64,000 nt of DNA from an uncultured virus (IMG/VR IMGVR_UViG_3300045995_000154) (taxonomy: Duplodnaviria > Heunggongvirae > Uroviricota > Caudoviricetes): IMG/VR virus record IMGVR_UViG_3300045995_000154. The stretch is one strand, 5' to 3'. A program made the position numbers and the translations under genes. Positions 33,863-43,985 of this stretch are shown here, in pieces (positions within the stretch are counted from its first letter, which is position 1; each line of letters starts with the position of its first letter). The notes below the pieces were generated by a model. The model ran no database searches, had not been told where the DNA came from, and saw nothing but the letters and a program-made list of their open reading frames with translations.

Positions 33863-34297
33863 TTAGGCGCGACCTTGGTGAAATAAGTCCTGCTCTGTTA
33901 CTACTCTAAACTTTAAACCGTGTGCTTGGCAATACGCTGTTGCTGCTTGCCACTTAGCCATATTCAATATAGCTGCTGCTTTGTCGCGTGTGCTCTTAGC
34001 TTCTGCTAGTGATGTCTCTTTGAGTGGCTTGACTTCAATAATTTCTGCATGTTGCTTGCCCGCTTTATCCATATACAAGATAAAGAAGTCTGGAACATAG
34101 ATAGTATTTTTCCCGGTAAACGGATTACGGTAGTTAACGTGAATTGCTTCGCTTGCCCACTGTAAGATAGCAGGGTTGTTGTCAAAGAATGTCATCACAG
34201 TGTGTTCCCACGATGAACGATATGTTGGCGTTCCTTTACCTATATACTTGGTTGCGTTCCTGGGTTGGAACTGACCATTTGCATATTTGCCAGCCAT
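33863..34297 (-). CDS. gp4: Head completion nuclease (T4 gp4-like)
   Basis: YRSSWE, WASE, YVPDF, IEVKP, N.AKW.AA. Confidence 0.92.
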   Translation of the reverse strand: MAGKYANGQFQPRNATKYIGKGTPTYRSSWEHTVMTFFDNNPAILQWASEAIHVNYRNPFTGKNTIYVPDFFILYMDKAGKQHAEIIEVKPLKETSLAEAKSTRDKAAAILNMAKWQAATAYCQAHGLKFRVVTEQDLFHQGRA

Positions 34298-34677
34298 TAC
34301 GGTAAAATACTCCGTGCAACATACTTGTTAGTCATTGGTTGTGTAGTTATACCAAGTAAACTTGTGCCCTTGCGCTGCAAGTTTAAAAACATAGTTAAGT
34401 AAGAGTTTACTTCACCCTTAGGCAACTTCATAAACTCTTGGAGCACTGCCATTGGATCTGCGCCGCGAGTACGGGCAGTATACATAACTGCACTGGCAAG
34501 TATCTTAGCTGCACCTTTGTTGTCTGCCACAGTTTCAAAGTAGCTAATCACTGCGGCATCTACATCAGGATTTACTGTAAAAGTAGGACTAAAGAAGTTG
34601 TTAAAATATTTGTTCGCATCTGTGTTAGCATTGGACGTCATATCCACTGGTGCTAGGTTGTAACTATTTTGACTCAT
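34297..34677 (-). CDS. Hypothetical structural protein
   Basis: Coupled ORF in tail cluster. Confidence 0.7.
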   Translation of the reverse strand: MSQNSYNLAPVDMTSNANTDANKYFNNFFSPTFTVNPDVDAAVISYFETVADNKGAAKILASAVMYTARTRGADPMAVLQEFMKLPKGEVNSYLTMFLNLQRKGTSLLGITTQPMTNKYVARSILP

Positions 34678-34678
34678 A

Positions 34679-35959
34679 TTATCCTTGATTGCTTGATACA
34701 TCTACAGGCGCTGGTGCAGTAGATGTTTGCGCTGCTGTTGGTGCTTTGTTGAATAATGCCTTGCCAGCTGCATACGCAATCCCAATGCCTGCTACCGTCT
34801 TAGGCGATCCTGACGCCAGAAGGGCAACGCCCGCAGACAATGCAACTGCACCTATATTACTACTTGCGCCATTACTAGATACTGCACCTCTGAGTGTAGC
34901 TGCTGATTGGTTATCAATATCAGTGAGATTCCCTTGTATTTTGTTTGCTAGGTCACCAAACGAAGGCACAGCTATTCTGTTTAGTGGGTTATTGCCACTA
35001 AGAACATCCATACCAAATTGTGATAGCTCCCCCAATGCTGCTTCTTTAAGATTCATTTTACCAGCATTGCTGATACCGCGGAATGCTTTGAATGCAGCAC
35101 CAAGTGGATCATTGGGGATAGAGTTGATAACATCATCTGCAGTGTCCATCAAACCACCTGGTCCCATGATGCTCTGTGTCCCGTTAGCAGGGGTAAGTGG
35201 CGATGGTTTCTTATCGTAGTGCAATTTTGCAAACGACGGCATAGTTGACGGTTTAACGTAGCCTTCAGCATACAACACAAACTCATATGAGACTGTCATT
35301 TCGTGTTGCATAGGTTCAGTAGAGCTTGACGAGTGTTGCCCGTGTTTAAACGACGTAATGATAGGATTTACTAAAATATATTCTGAGAATCGTTTCTGAT
35401 GCAAGCTATAAATTTTAATGGATCTAATGAAGTTTTTAGGTTTTGTGACTTGCGTTAGTGGAGTGAAGCCGTACACATTTTTGCGGTCATTGTCATAGCG
35501 GCCATTAGCGCCAAGATACGATGCATCTATTTCTCCACCCCTACCAACACCACCATCCATGTCTCTATAATAGTATGCATAATAGTCTGCCCACAATGTA
35601 CGGACGCGGTCGGCACTGTCATCATGGAACTGAAAGGTCACTGGATCGTAATGAATTTTGTTCTGTACGATAGATGGCCTACCGTAGCTGTTCAATGTCT
35701 TATTGTCAATAGTGAACTTAGGTAAGTCTATGCTCTTAACAAGCATACCTACTTCTGTCGCGGCATCAGGTACTGAGCCACTTTGTTTTAAATCTGTATC
35801 AATGTCAAAGTACACATGGTACATGTATCCCATTTTAGGGTACAGCGCATTACCTGTGGTCTTCTGATCACCGTCGTGGAATAATTTAGAGGCGTGAGAA
35901 AAGTCTTTGACCTGATCGCCAGTGCTTAACTGTGTTAAAAACCCGTCTAGTAAACCCAA
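34679..35959 (-). CDS. Tube-fold baseplate/tail initiator protein (gp19/gp54-like)
   Basis: VKSIDLPKF..YDPVTFQFHDD; TTG start with AGGAG. Confidence 0.7.
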   Translation of the reverse strand: MGLLDGFLTQLSTGDQVKDFSHASKLFHDGDQKTTGNALYPKMGYMYHVYFDIDTDLKQSGSVPDAATEVGMLVKSIDLPKFTIDNKTLNSYGRPSIVQNKIHYDPVTFQFHDDSADRVRTLWADYYAYYYRDMDGGVGRGGEIDASYLGANGRYDNDRKNVYGFTPLTQVTKPKNFIRSIKIYSLHQKRFSEYILVNPIITSFKHGQHSSSSTEPMQHEMTVSYEFVLYAEGYVKPSTMPSFAKLHYDKKPSPLTPANGTQSIMGPGGLMDTADDVINSIPNDPLGAAFKAFRGISNAGKMNLKEAALGELSQFGMDVLSGNNPLNRIAVPSFGDLANKIQGNLTDIDNQSAATLRGAVSSNGASSNIGAVALSAGVALLASGSPKTVAGIGIAYAAGKALFNKAPTAAQTSTAPAPVDVSSNQG

Positions 35960-36048
35960 AATATTCTCCTGCTCTATTATTTATGGCTCGTAAAAAAGCC
36001 CGGAATGTACCCGGGCTTATGAGTGTTTCGTCTGGGGTTAGCCAGTAA

Positions 36049-36666
36049 TTAACCTGTTGTTAACGAACCTAATGTACGACCAACTGCTGTACCAACACCA
36101 GTACCTGTAGGTGTTTGCACTGCATTGTCAAAGCGCACAGTTAACGCAATCATCGCTGCTTCTGCGGTAGCATAGTTCATGTCACCGTAGTCAACGCTAG
36201 ATAATTGGCAACCGTATAGTTCCCATGTTTCTAATACCGTAGGAGTGTTAGCGCCGTTACCGCCGTCTAATACTTCGTAACGTAATACAAACTTGTAGTC
36301 AATACCAGACGCTGCACTGCTTTGTTCTGCAAAGTCAAATTGCTTCTGGATCTGCTCGCCTACTAGACGAGAAATATTACCACCTGCGTCGTCGCGTAGG
36401 TTGATAGTTGTTTCTTGCCATTCTGGCTTGCCTTGTAACCATACTTTGCTGTTGTAAACATCAATAGCAAATGGTGTAAAAGTAACGTTGGGACGTTTAA
36501 TATCCGCAACTTGCTTTGTTAATTCTGCCTTGTCTGAACTGACACCAAAGTTTTCAAAAGTAGCACGGAAGCGATACTTTAACTTTGGCATTAACAAGCC
36601 TTGGGTAGATGCACTTTGGCTAGTAGCCAATGGTACTGTAATCTTTGTTAGTGACGAAACTGCCAT
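36049..36666 (-). CDS. gp19: Tail tube protein (gp19-like)
   Basis: Follows sheath; GKPEW..LRDD, WELYGC, LTVRFD. Confidence 0.85.
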   Translation of the reverse strand: MAVSSLTKITVPLATSQSASTQGLLMPKLKYRFRATFENFGVSSDKAELTKQVADIKRPNVTFTPFAIDVYNSKVWLQGKPEWQETTINLRDDAGGNISRLVGEQIQKQFDFAEQSSAASGIDYKFVLRYEVLDGGNGANTPTVLETWELYGCQLSSVDYGDMNYATAEAAMIALTVRFDNAVQTPTGTGVGTAVGRTLGSLTTG

Positions 36667-36739
36667 CTTTATCTCCTATATATGTATTTACTTAAATTAT
36701 GCTGCTAAATGGGACCCGCTAAGGTCCCATTATATGCTA

Positions 36740-39700
36740 TTATAACTTAGCAATGTCTCCTGGATTGTACAAGCGAATTGGGATGTAGATAAACTCTACG
36801 TCCTTCATTGGCTCAATAGCAACGTCAACATACAACTCATTACGAGCAATACGTGTAGGTGTGTTATTGAACTCGTCGCAAACAACTAGGTAGTCGTATA
36901 CGCCGCGTTTTGCAACTAAATCGTTAACTGCACCAGAGATGATAGTCTTGATTTGATCGCGTGTAATTTTGTCGTTTGGTTCAAACAAGAAGCCGTTACC
37001 AACGTGCGCAAGGATAGTACGGATGTAGTTAACCAAACGTGCAACGTTAACACGGTCCATGCTGCTTGCAACTGGGTTACGTGTCTTCTGACCCCATACA
37101 ACTAAACCAAGACCTGGCAAGTTAGTGATTGGGTTGATACGTGTTTCATACAATGTATCACGCAAGCCTTGGGAAACACCAATTGGGTTGTACTCACCAG
37201 TAGCAGAGTCAATGTAACCAACGCTTGTAGCATTGTCAACCATACCACGACGTGTACCAGCTGGAGCAAACCACATGTAGCTCATGTTATCGCTGTGGAT
37301 AAATGTGCGTAGGATGATGTGCGATGCTGGCTGAATGATTGTATTACCTTGAACGTCATTTGTCTCAGCGCAACCTGGGTAGTAAACACCTAGGTATGGG
37401 TCGTTAGTGCTTAAGCCAGTTGCATTGTCTGCATTGTTGGACCAGTTAACCAAATCAACACCATTAGGAGCAAGACGCATTGGTGTATCACCAATGATGA
37501 ACGCTGTATTAACGCGGTCATTGTTCAATGCAACCATGTTAGCAATAACTTCAGGGTAGCCAGGGCAAACGATTAAGTTGAACTGGAATTGTTCTTCACG
37601 GATCTCAGTAGAACCATCAACTGCACCACGCATAGCGGCAACAATCATATGACGTTGTGCTTGGTGACCAGCGTACATAGAACCATTGTTCTTTAATCCG
37701 CTTGCAGAAACCCAAGCATCTTTAACTGCTGGAATAACTGAGTTAGGGAAGCTCGTGTCATTGAAGTAGTTGCTTACGAAACGTTTGACATTGTAACCAG
37801 AACGGCGAGTGTTAACCATAATCATACCACGTGGGTACAGGCGTGCGTCAGGAGCATCAGCATCCAAGTATGCACTGTTAGCCAAAGCAGTAATAGCTGG
37901 CATTTCACCGTTAATGATATTTGTTGCGCCATCAATTCCCCAACGTGCATCAGCGAAGATGACACCGTTTTGCGATACTTGGTCAGTGTTGTCAATCTTT
38001 GTCCAGATGCTACCAGTGTAACGGGAAAGTGCTGGCCAGTTTTCAAGATCACTTGTATCTAACCATAAGTCCCCAGCTACCAAAGCCGTGCTGTCTGTTT
38101 GGGAAGTAGGCTTGCTTGCAGAAACAATAACGCCTGTTGGGTCTGTATCAGTTAACACAAAGCCACGAGCATCAGACGCTTCTTGATGATAACCCTTCCA
38201 ACCAGTCAATGTATTAATCATCACATCGATTTCAGTCGCCGATCCGTAGTACCATAATGTACCGTCTACAGGATTTTGTGTTGGTTCTGTCGTGCTGTAT
38301 GTGTACTGCAATGGAGTCCAAGACGACAAGCTTAAACCAGTAGCAGTAGGTGAGACACCTTGGATACTAGTAGTAAATCCAGCTTGACCAGCCACGGCAC
38401 CTTGCAATACAATCACACCACCATATTTGTGTGTGATGCTGATAGCACCAGTAGATTCTACCGCAGATGTAATTTCTGGGATATTAGCTGCTGAAATAGC
38501 AGATGCGAATGCTGCACGGTTTGTACCATTCAAAGTAATCGTGTAAGTTGTTAATGCATTGGTACCAATTGATGTAGTGCGCAATGTAAACGTGTCACCT
38601 GATGTAAACGGAGTATTTCCCACTACGTTTGCAACTATCTTTGTTGCACCAGTAGAGTACTTAACGAACGGTTTGTAATTAGCGATACCATTGGAGTCCA
38701 CATCGTAACGGACAAACACTGTACCAGCTGCGATACCATAGCCACCACCCGCTGGGTCTAAGCCATAAGTTGCTGTTGGGATAGTAGCATACAACGGTGT
38801 TGATACTGCTATCCAACTTGAAGATGCGGTACTATATTTACTAATGCTAATATTTGCACCAGAACCAGTTGTCGTAGTTTTAATATAAACGCTACCACTT
38901 GGGTGTGGCTGTGTATCTGTACTTCTCCAATTTGGAATCTGCACGTAAGAACCAAAGCTGGTAATTGGACTATAATATTGTCCGTCAGCGATACCAAGAA
39001 TAGATGCAGCACCAGAAACAACTATAGTACCAGTAGCCGAAGTATATAACTCAATGTGACCAGACACTAATGCTGCGGTGACATTAGCAATGCCAGCATT
39101 ATTGATATCAGTAACTGCGCCAGCCAATGTTGCACTAGTCATCGTTACTAAAGTTGCATTTACAGTAACTACATCACCGATTGCAACGGCAACGGATGGA
39201 GTTGTTCCTTTAATGGTAGGGTGCGATGCAGTCCATGCAGAGCTTCCAACTACAACCCATGCATTTGCAGAATTTTTGTAAAGCACTGTCCAAGCAGTAC
39301 CGCTGACTGATGCCAATGATACACCGTAACTACCAATGGAACCAACGCTCTCTAGTGGGTAGCCAGTACCAGCATCTATATCAGCAGCCGAAGTATACAC
39401 TGTTGGTTTAACCTTGGTGTAAACCGCAGTAGTTGCGTTCCACTCATAAACACCAAAATCTGTTGTAGATAAATCAAACCAGTTAGTGCCATTTGCAACT
39501 GTGCCGGTTGGGCGAACTGCTGTTGCATCTAATTGTGCAATATCAACATCAGCACGTAAAACATATGCCTTGTTAGCTAGACCTAATGTGCTATAAGCAG
39601 CCATTAAGCCGTATTCGTTGCGCTCGTCACCGTGCAGCGGTGTGCCTGACGAGCTTTGCTTGAAGATTGGGTAACCTAAGTTGCTTACTAAGTCACGTTG

Positions 39701-39883
39701 ACCAGTAAACATTTGAAGCTTGCCAGCGTTGGCTTTAATAGTGCCACTTGCCGTTGTGCCGGATGGGTTTGTTTTGTCTTGTGCAGTAGCAAGAATGATA
39801 AGTGGGACTGATCCAACTGCGCCTGGTACGTATTGACTTTCGTCAGATACAGTAATTTGTTGACCTGGGGAAACTAATGCCAT
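36740..39883 (-). CDS. gp18: Contractile tail sheath protein (gp18-like) with large insertion domains
   Basis: LVSPG start, WFAPAG.RRG, INPI, WGQKT, DRVNVARL, VCDEFNNT. Confidence 0.95.
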   Translation of the reverse strand: MALVSPGQQITVSDESQYVPGAVGSVPLIILATAQDKTNPSGTTASGTIKANAGKLQMFTGQRDLVSNLGYPIFKQSSSGTPLHGDERNEYGLMAAYSTLGLANKAYVLRADVDIAQLDATAVRPTGTVANGTNWFDLSTTDFGVYEWNATTAVYTKVKPTVYTSAADIDAGTGYPLESVGSIGSYGVSLASVSGTAWTVLYKNSANAWVVVGSSAWTASHPTIKGTTPSVAVAIGDVVTVNATLVTMTSATLAGAVTDINNAGIANVTAALVSGHIELYTSATGTIVVSGAASILGIADGQYYSPITSFGSYVQIPNWRSTDTQPHPSGSVYIKTTTTGSGANISISKYSTASSSWIAVSTPLYATIPTATYGLDPAGGGYGIAAGTVFVRYDVDSNGIANYKPFVKYSTGATKIVANVVGNTPFTSGDTFTLRTTSIGTNALTTYTITLNGTNRAAFASAISAANIPEITSAVESTGAISITHKYGGVIVLQGAVAGQAGFTTSIQGVSPTATGLSLSSWTPLQYTYSTTEPTQNPVDGTLWYYGSATEIDVMINTLTGWKGYHQEASDARGFVLTDTDPTGVIVSASKPTSQTDSTALVAGDLWLDTSDLENWPALSRYTGSIWTKIDNTDQVSQNGVIFADARWGIDGATNIINGEMPAITALANSAYLDADAPDARLYPRGMIMVNTRRSGYNVKRFVSNYFNDTSFPNSVIPAVKDAWVSASGLKNNGSMYAGHQAQRHMIVAAMRGAVDGSTEIREEQFQFNLIVCPGYPEVIANMVALNNDRVNTAFIIGDTPMRLAPNGVDLVNWSNNADNATGLSTNDPYLGVYYPGCAETNDVQGNTIIQPASHIILRTFIHSDNMSYMWFAPAGTRRGMVDNATSVGYIDSATGEYNPIGVSQGLRDTLYETRINPITNLPGLGLVVWGQKTRNPVASSMDRVNVARLVNYIRTILAHVGNGFLFEPNDKITRDQIKTIISGAVNDLVAKRGVYDYLVVCDEFNNTPTRIARNELYVDVAIEPMKDVEFIYIPIRLYNPGDIAKL

Positions 39884-39992
39884 GGTGTTTATCCTTTAAA
39901 GTACATTATCAATATTTAGTGAAAACTGGTTAAAAGTATGCTGTTACGAGCACCTTTAAAGGTTTGCAGAATTAAATTTCAGTAAATACGAT

Positions 39993-40337
39993 ATGAAACT
40001 CCGTCCTTTATGCTCAGATTGCAAGCAAAGACCAGTCGCAATCAACTATGTTAAACAAGACATTACATATTACCGTAAAAAATGTGATCCGTGCGGGCGT
40101 AAGGAGGTAAAGTTAAAGCCTAAGCCAGCGGCGTGGGTTAAAGCGGGCTACAAAAAGAAACCGCACTGTGAAAAGTGCGGCTTTGTAGCGAAGTTGCTGG
40201 ATCAACTTCAGGTGTTCCATTTAGATGGAAACTTAAAAAATACTGATTGGTCCAATCTGAAGACCATTTGCGCTAACTGCGCAATAGAGGTTTACAAAAG
40301 TAAGCTACCCTGGAAGCCTAGTACACCAGAAGCTTAG
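39993..40337 (+). CDS. Zn-finger/HNH-like protein
   Basis: CxxC repeated, HLDGN..N..NLKTICANC. Confidence 0.75.
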   Translation: MKLRPLCSDCKQRPVAINYVKQDITYYRKKCDPCGRKEVKLKPKPAAWVKAGYKKKPHCEKCGFVAKLLDQLQVFHLDGNLKNTDWSNLKTICANCAIEVYKSKLPWKPSTPEA

Positions 40338-40935
40338 TCTTAGCTTTCAAATCGTCTAGTGTCCCGTTGTTTTCGACCTCAAAATCAAACTCAGTGCCAA
40401 TCCAGCTTGTCTCGGATGCGTGAATGCCTAACATAGTTAACACATTTTTAGACTCGTCATCGCCTCTGTTTGCTGCAATGGCGTTAGGGTACCAATCTGG
40501 CAACTCCCCGCGTTTAACCCAACCAATTCTCGCACCTGCATTGCGCATAGCAGAAACTTCGTTAGGGAAGCGGCAGTCAGAAATTACAATGTTGTCTTTC
40601 GTATTGCGCAGTTGATTCTCTACGCTTGCTACCCAGATGTCAGTATGAAAGCCTCGTCTGCACACTTCAGTTCCCCATAGCTGCAACATAAGGCGCGGGG
40701 TCAGGTTGGGAATGTCCAATCGTTTAGCCCACCACGGGTCAATAGCTTCACGCCATTCCCTGCCCTCTTTAGTTTTGCCCTCGAGCAACTCACGATCCCA
40801 ACTAAAGACTGCTGCCACTGCATCCTTCAGCGTGCCAGCAAAGCTCATGCGCTTATATCCGAAATCGTTAACCAAAAAATCCGCCACTGTATCTTTACCT
40901 GAACCAATCAGGCCACAAATTGCTATTACGCTCAT
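40318..40935 (-). CDS. gp1: Deoxynucleoside monophosphate kinase (T4 gp1-like)
   Basis: GLIGSGKD, FAGTLKD, LQLWGTE, SDCRFPNE, HASE. Confidence 0.93.
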   Translation of the reverse strand: MSVIAICGLIGSGKDTVADFLVNDFGYKRMSFAGTLKDAVAAVFSWDRELLEGKTKEGREWREAIDPWWAKRLDIPNLTPRLMLQLWGTEVCRRGFHTDIWVASVENQLRNTKDNIVISDCRFPNEVSAMRNAGARIGWVKRGELPDWYPNAIAANRGDDESKNVLTMLGIHASETSWIGTEFDFEVENNGTLDDLKAKTKLLVY

Positions 40936-40970
40936 ATATTCTCCTTGTCTTGTGCAAGTATAGCAAGAAG

Positions 40971-41180
40971 TTACATAAAATTCAAGTAATTAGAATAATC
41001 TGCATCTTCCCATTGACCAATTGATAACACAATTATACAAAGAATGACAAGGCCTACTAATTTTTCCCACCATTTAGTGGGTTTTACAATCGCTATCATT
41101 AGGCAGTACGTTAAAGCCAGCACAAAATAACCGTAACCTATAAACATGGATAACCCAAACCAAAAGGTTCGTTGGCGCAT
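40971..41180 (-). CDS. Small membrane protein
   Basis: Two hydrophobic segments. Confidence 0.55.
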   Translation of the reverse strand: MRQRTFWFGLSMFIGYGYFVLALTYCLMIAIVKPTKWWEKLVGLVILCIIVLSIGQWEDADYSNYLNFM

Positions 41181-42079
41181 TAGCCTGTGATCCAAGTCAT
41201 TGGCGTACCGCCATCCATAAAGCGTTTGATTTCTTCTTCCAAGGTTTCGATTTCTTCTTTGGCTTCTGCAATCAATGCCACACCATTAAGTTGAACACCG
41301 CCATTTGGTCCTGCAATAGTGGAATATTTAGATCTTGCTTCACCTAGCAATCGTTTAGCAAACGCATAAGCATACTCTTGCAGCCACGGATAAACTTGGT
41401 AGTCATTTAGTAGCATCCAATCTGGTTTGTAATTGTAGCACCATAACAGAACGGTCTCTGCGTGATCCACTGTGCTCTGTCCTGTGCCTTGGAATGGCAT
41501 CTTTCGTTCAATGATAAGCTTCTTGGAGCTCTTGTTCCATGAGAAGTTCATAAAGCCACCAAACATTTTCATCGCAAGCTTCTGATACTGTGCAAATAAC
41601 TCGTAATTTACAAGACCACCAACACGACCGGCAACTAGCATGTATGTATTCAAGTAACCCGATGCAAACGGTTCAAACTGTGACGATGTTGTACCTGTCA
41701 CACTTCCAATACCGCGGCGGTAAATGGTGCGCACTTCCATAATCTCTTTAGGCAGGATGTATTCTTGTGTTTCAGGGAGAAGCTTCATGGACACATAGCT
41801 TTCCTCTACAGCATTGCTTGAACGCTGGCGGTACTTCATGAGTGCCTGCTTAATAGCCAGCTCGTAGTGCTCGTTCTCAAGTTCAACGTCAACAATGCCG
41901 TCTGCTAAACGCATACGGATGTAATCTGCTATCTCAGCACGTTTAGCATCGTGCGATTCGTATTTTGGATCAAACTCATCGTTAGCAATATGTCCCGCAC
42001 CCGTGCCTGTATTCATGTCATACAGACTGTCTGTGGTTATGTTGTTATTTGAGTCAAATAAGGGGTCTTTGGTAGCCAT
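41180..42079 (-). CDS. gp13: Neck protein (gp13-like)
   Basis: RL...IVDVEL, WLQEYA.A..K..LGE..SKY..IAGP.GG..LNG. Confidence 0.88.
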   Translation of the reverse strand: MATKDPLFDSNNNITTDSLYDMNTGTGAGHIANDEFDPKYESHDAKRAEIADYIRMRLADGIVDVELENEHYELAIKQALMKYRQRSSNAVEESYVSMKLLPETQEYILPKEIMEVRTIYRRGIGSVTGTTSSQFEPFASGYLNTYMLVAGRVGGLVNYELFAQYQKLAMKMFGGFMNFSWNKSSKKLIIERKMPFQGTGQSTVDHAETVLLWCYNYKPDWMLLNDYQVYPWLQEYAYAFAKRLLGEARSKYSTIAGPNGGVQLNGVALIAEAKEEIETLEEEIKRFMDGGTPMTWITG

Positions 42080-42136
42080 GAAAAAGTCCTAGTTAGTGTA
42101 TTTAGCACTTTCTAGGACTGTTTGCGTTATACTGAG

Positions 42137-42812
42137 TTAGTCGTTTTTCAGTACAACCATCTGCTTTGTTTCGGTATCGTATTCTACACCGAGGTACTCA
42201 CCATAGCGTATCCACTCAGCCAGTTCCCCGTACAATGCATCGTACTCGTCTGGATTCTCACGCCGACTAATGCCTGCATCAGTCATTGCATCGTCGACGG
42301 CATCAGGGCTTTTGAAGGTGAGTTTGATTTTCATTCGTGTCCGTCCAAAATCATTTGATCCACAATTGCAAGTTCCATTGTCATGTCAGTTAGCTTGAGC
42401 TTCATGCTGTCATACATCTTAGTTTCAATCATGTCAGCAGTGCCAAACACAATCTTTTTGTAGAGCTCACCGCAAGCTCGCTTCTGCTCTTGCATCTCTT
42501 TTTCCATCAACACTCGTCGATCTCGTAACATTATTTCTTCGCTTTCAGTAAAAGTTTAAACACCATATCTGCATCAATCCATTCGTTAATTGGTTTTGCA
42601 GTTTCCACCACCTCAAGGACTTCCCAAGTATCAGGGCATTGCCCATCAACGGATTTTTGGGCGTATTTCAAAATGTGATCTTTAAGTAATTGCTCAACAG
42701 TCCACACTTTCCCCCGCCTATGCCATCCTACGTAGCATCCACCTTGATAACTTGTCTGGATGATCCCGTTACTAAACAAATTAGTACGAGAATCCCGTAT
42801 CATCCAACTCAT
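42137..42812 (-). CDS. Three small hypothetical ORFs (42137-42334, 42331-42531, 42531-42812)
   Basis: Stop/start-coupled ORFs. Confidence 0.7.
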
Positions 42813-43984
42813 TACTGCACCTTAAGCAGCAAAATGTCTGCGCTTAACCGTCCGTTAAGCAGGATCTCCGTTGCTCGGATGTCTTTCAGGAACGTGCGCA
42901 ACGCAACCTTACCCGCTTTACCAAACTCCTTGAGTTGATCAGCTGGCTTGCGCAGTGTCTTTGCCACGCTCTTTGCTTCGTCGTAGCCTGTAATGCTTGT
43001 ACCTTTGATACCAAGCGGCCCTTGTAGGCTGTCTGCAAGGTAGCATCCCAACTTGCGGGTTTTCGTGTTGAACACCCACAGTTCCTTTGCACCCACAACC
43101 AGCGAAGGAGGAATACTGACAAGCTTCAATGCTTTATCTTCCTTCATGTACTTCACTTTAGCCACTTGCTTCTCTTTGGAAACAACCTTGGGCTTACGTG
43201 CTGCCTTAGTGGCCTTCTTCACACCACGGTATTGCTCAACCGCTTCCAGGATTTCTTCAATGAAGCCTAAAATGCGCTTAAAGTCTGCTGGCTTCAAATG
43301 CGAATAGCCTTCAGTCAATTGCTTGTCCGTTTTAGCTTGCGCTTCCACCAGTTCTGCCTTGCGAGCAGTGTACAGAGCCTCGTACTTGCCAAGTTGGGAC
43401 TGTGGCACATTGTTCTTTGTCAGGAATTCGTAGATTTTGGTGCTCACTTTGTTTTTCAAGCACACTTCGTCAAACAAACCTTCCAGCTCACCAATCACCT
43501 CTGCTGTTTTTTCGTTGAGACGGTCTTGGATAGTGGGTTTTGCTGCTTCTACCTTACCAGTAACAACTGCAACGACTTCTGGTTCCAGCTCATCAATAGC
43601 TTTCTGGATGCAGTCAGTCATAAACTCAACGTGGCGGCCACGGAATGGCATACCCGCTTTGTGAGCCATTACCAATCCGCACACTGTCATGGGAATGGAA
43701 CGGTCAGGGGTGCGCAAAAATGCTTTGAGGTCAACTTTGGTAAAGTTGCCAGATGCTACCATCCACTCACCAACGAACTTTTTGCAGTCCTTTTGGTTGT
43801 AGTAGTAATTGTAGTAGTAAAAACTTTGACGCAACTGGTGATCAAAAACATCGTCGTCCCAGGTTGCTGCGTCCGCAGACCAGTCTGGCTCGCCGCCAGT
43901 ATACTTTTCATCCGCGAAGATGGGATTGCGTACTTTAAACGCTTTGACTTTGATTTTGATACCAGCTGATGTACGGGTTGCCAT
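42812..43984 (-). CDS. Hypothetical basic protein (390 aa)
   Basis: Long ORF, C-terminal KTLRKP..NGR. Confidence 0.8.
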   Translation of the reverse strand: MATRTSAGIKIKVKAFKVRNPIFADEKYTGGEPDWSADAATWDDDVFDHQLRQSFYYYNYYYNQKDCKKFVGEWMVASGNFTKVDLKAFLRTPDRSIPMTVCGLVMAHKAGMPFRGRHVEFMTDCIQKAIDELEPEVVAVVTGKVEAAKPTIQDRLNEKTAEVIGELEGLFDEVCLKNKVSTKIYEFLTKNNVPQSQLGKYEALYTARKAELVEAQAKTDKQLTEGYSHLKPADFKRILGFIEEILEAVEQYRGVKKATKAARKPKVVSKEKQVAKVKYMKEDKALKLVSIPPSLVVGAKELWVFNTKTRKLGCYLADSLQGPLGIKGTSITGYDEAKSVAKTLRKPADQLKEFGKAGKVALRTFLKDIRATEILLNGRLSADILLLKVQ

Positions 43985-43985
43985 A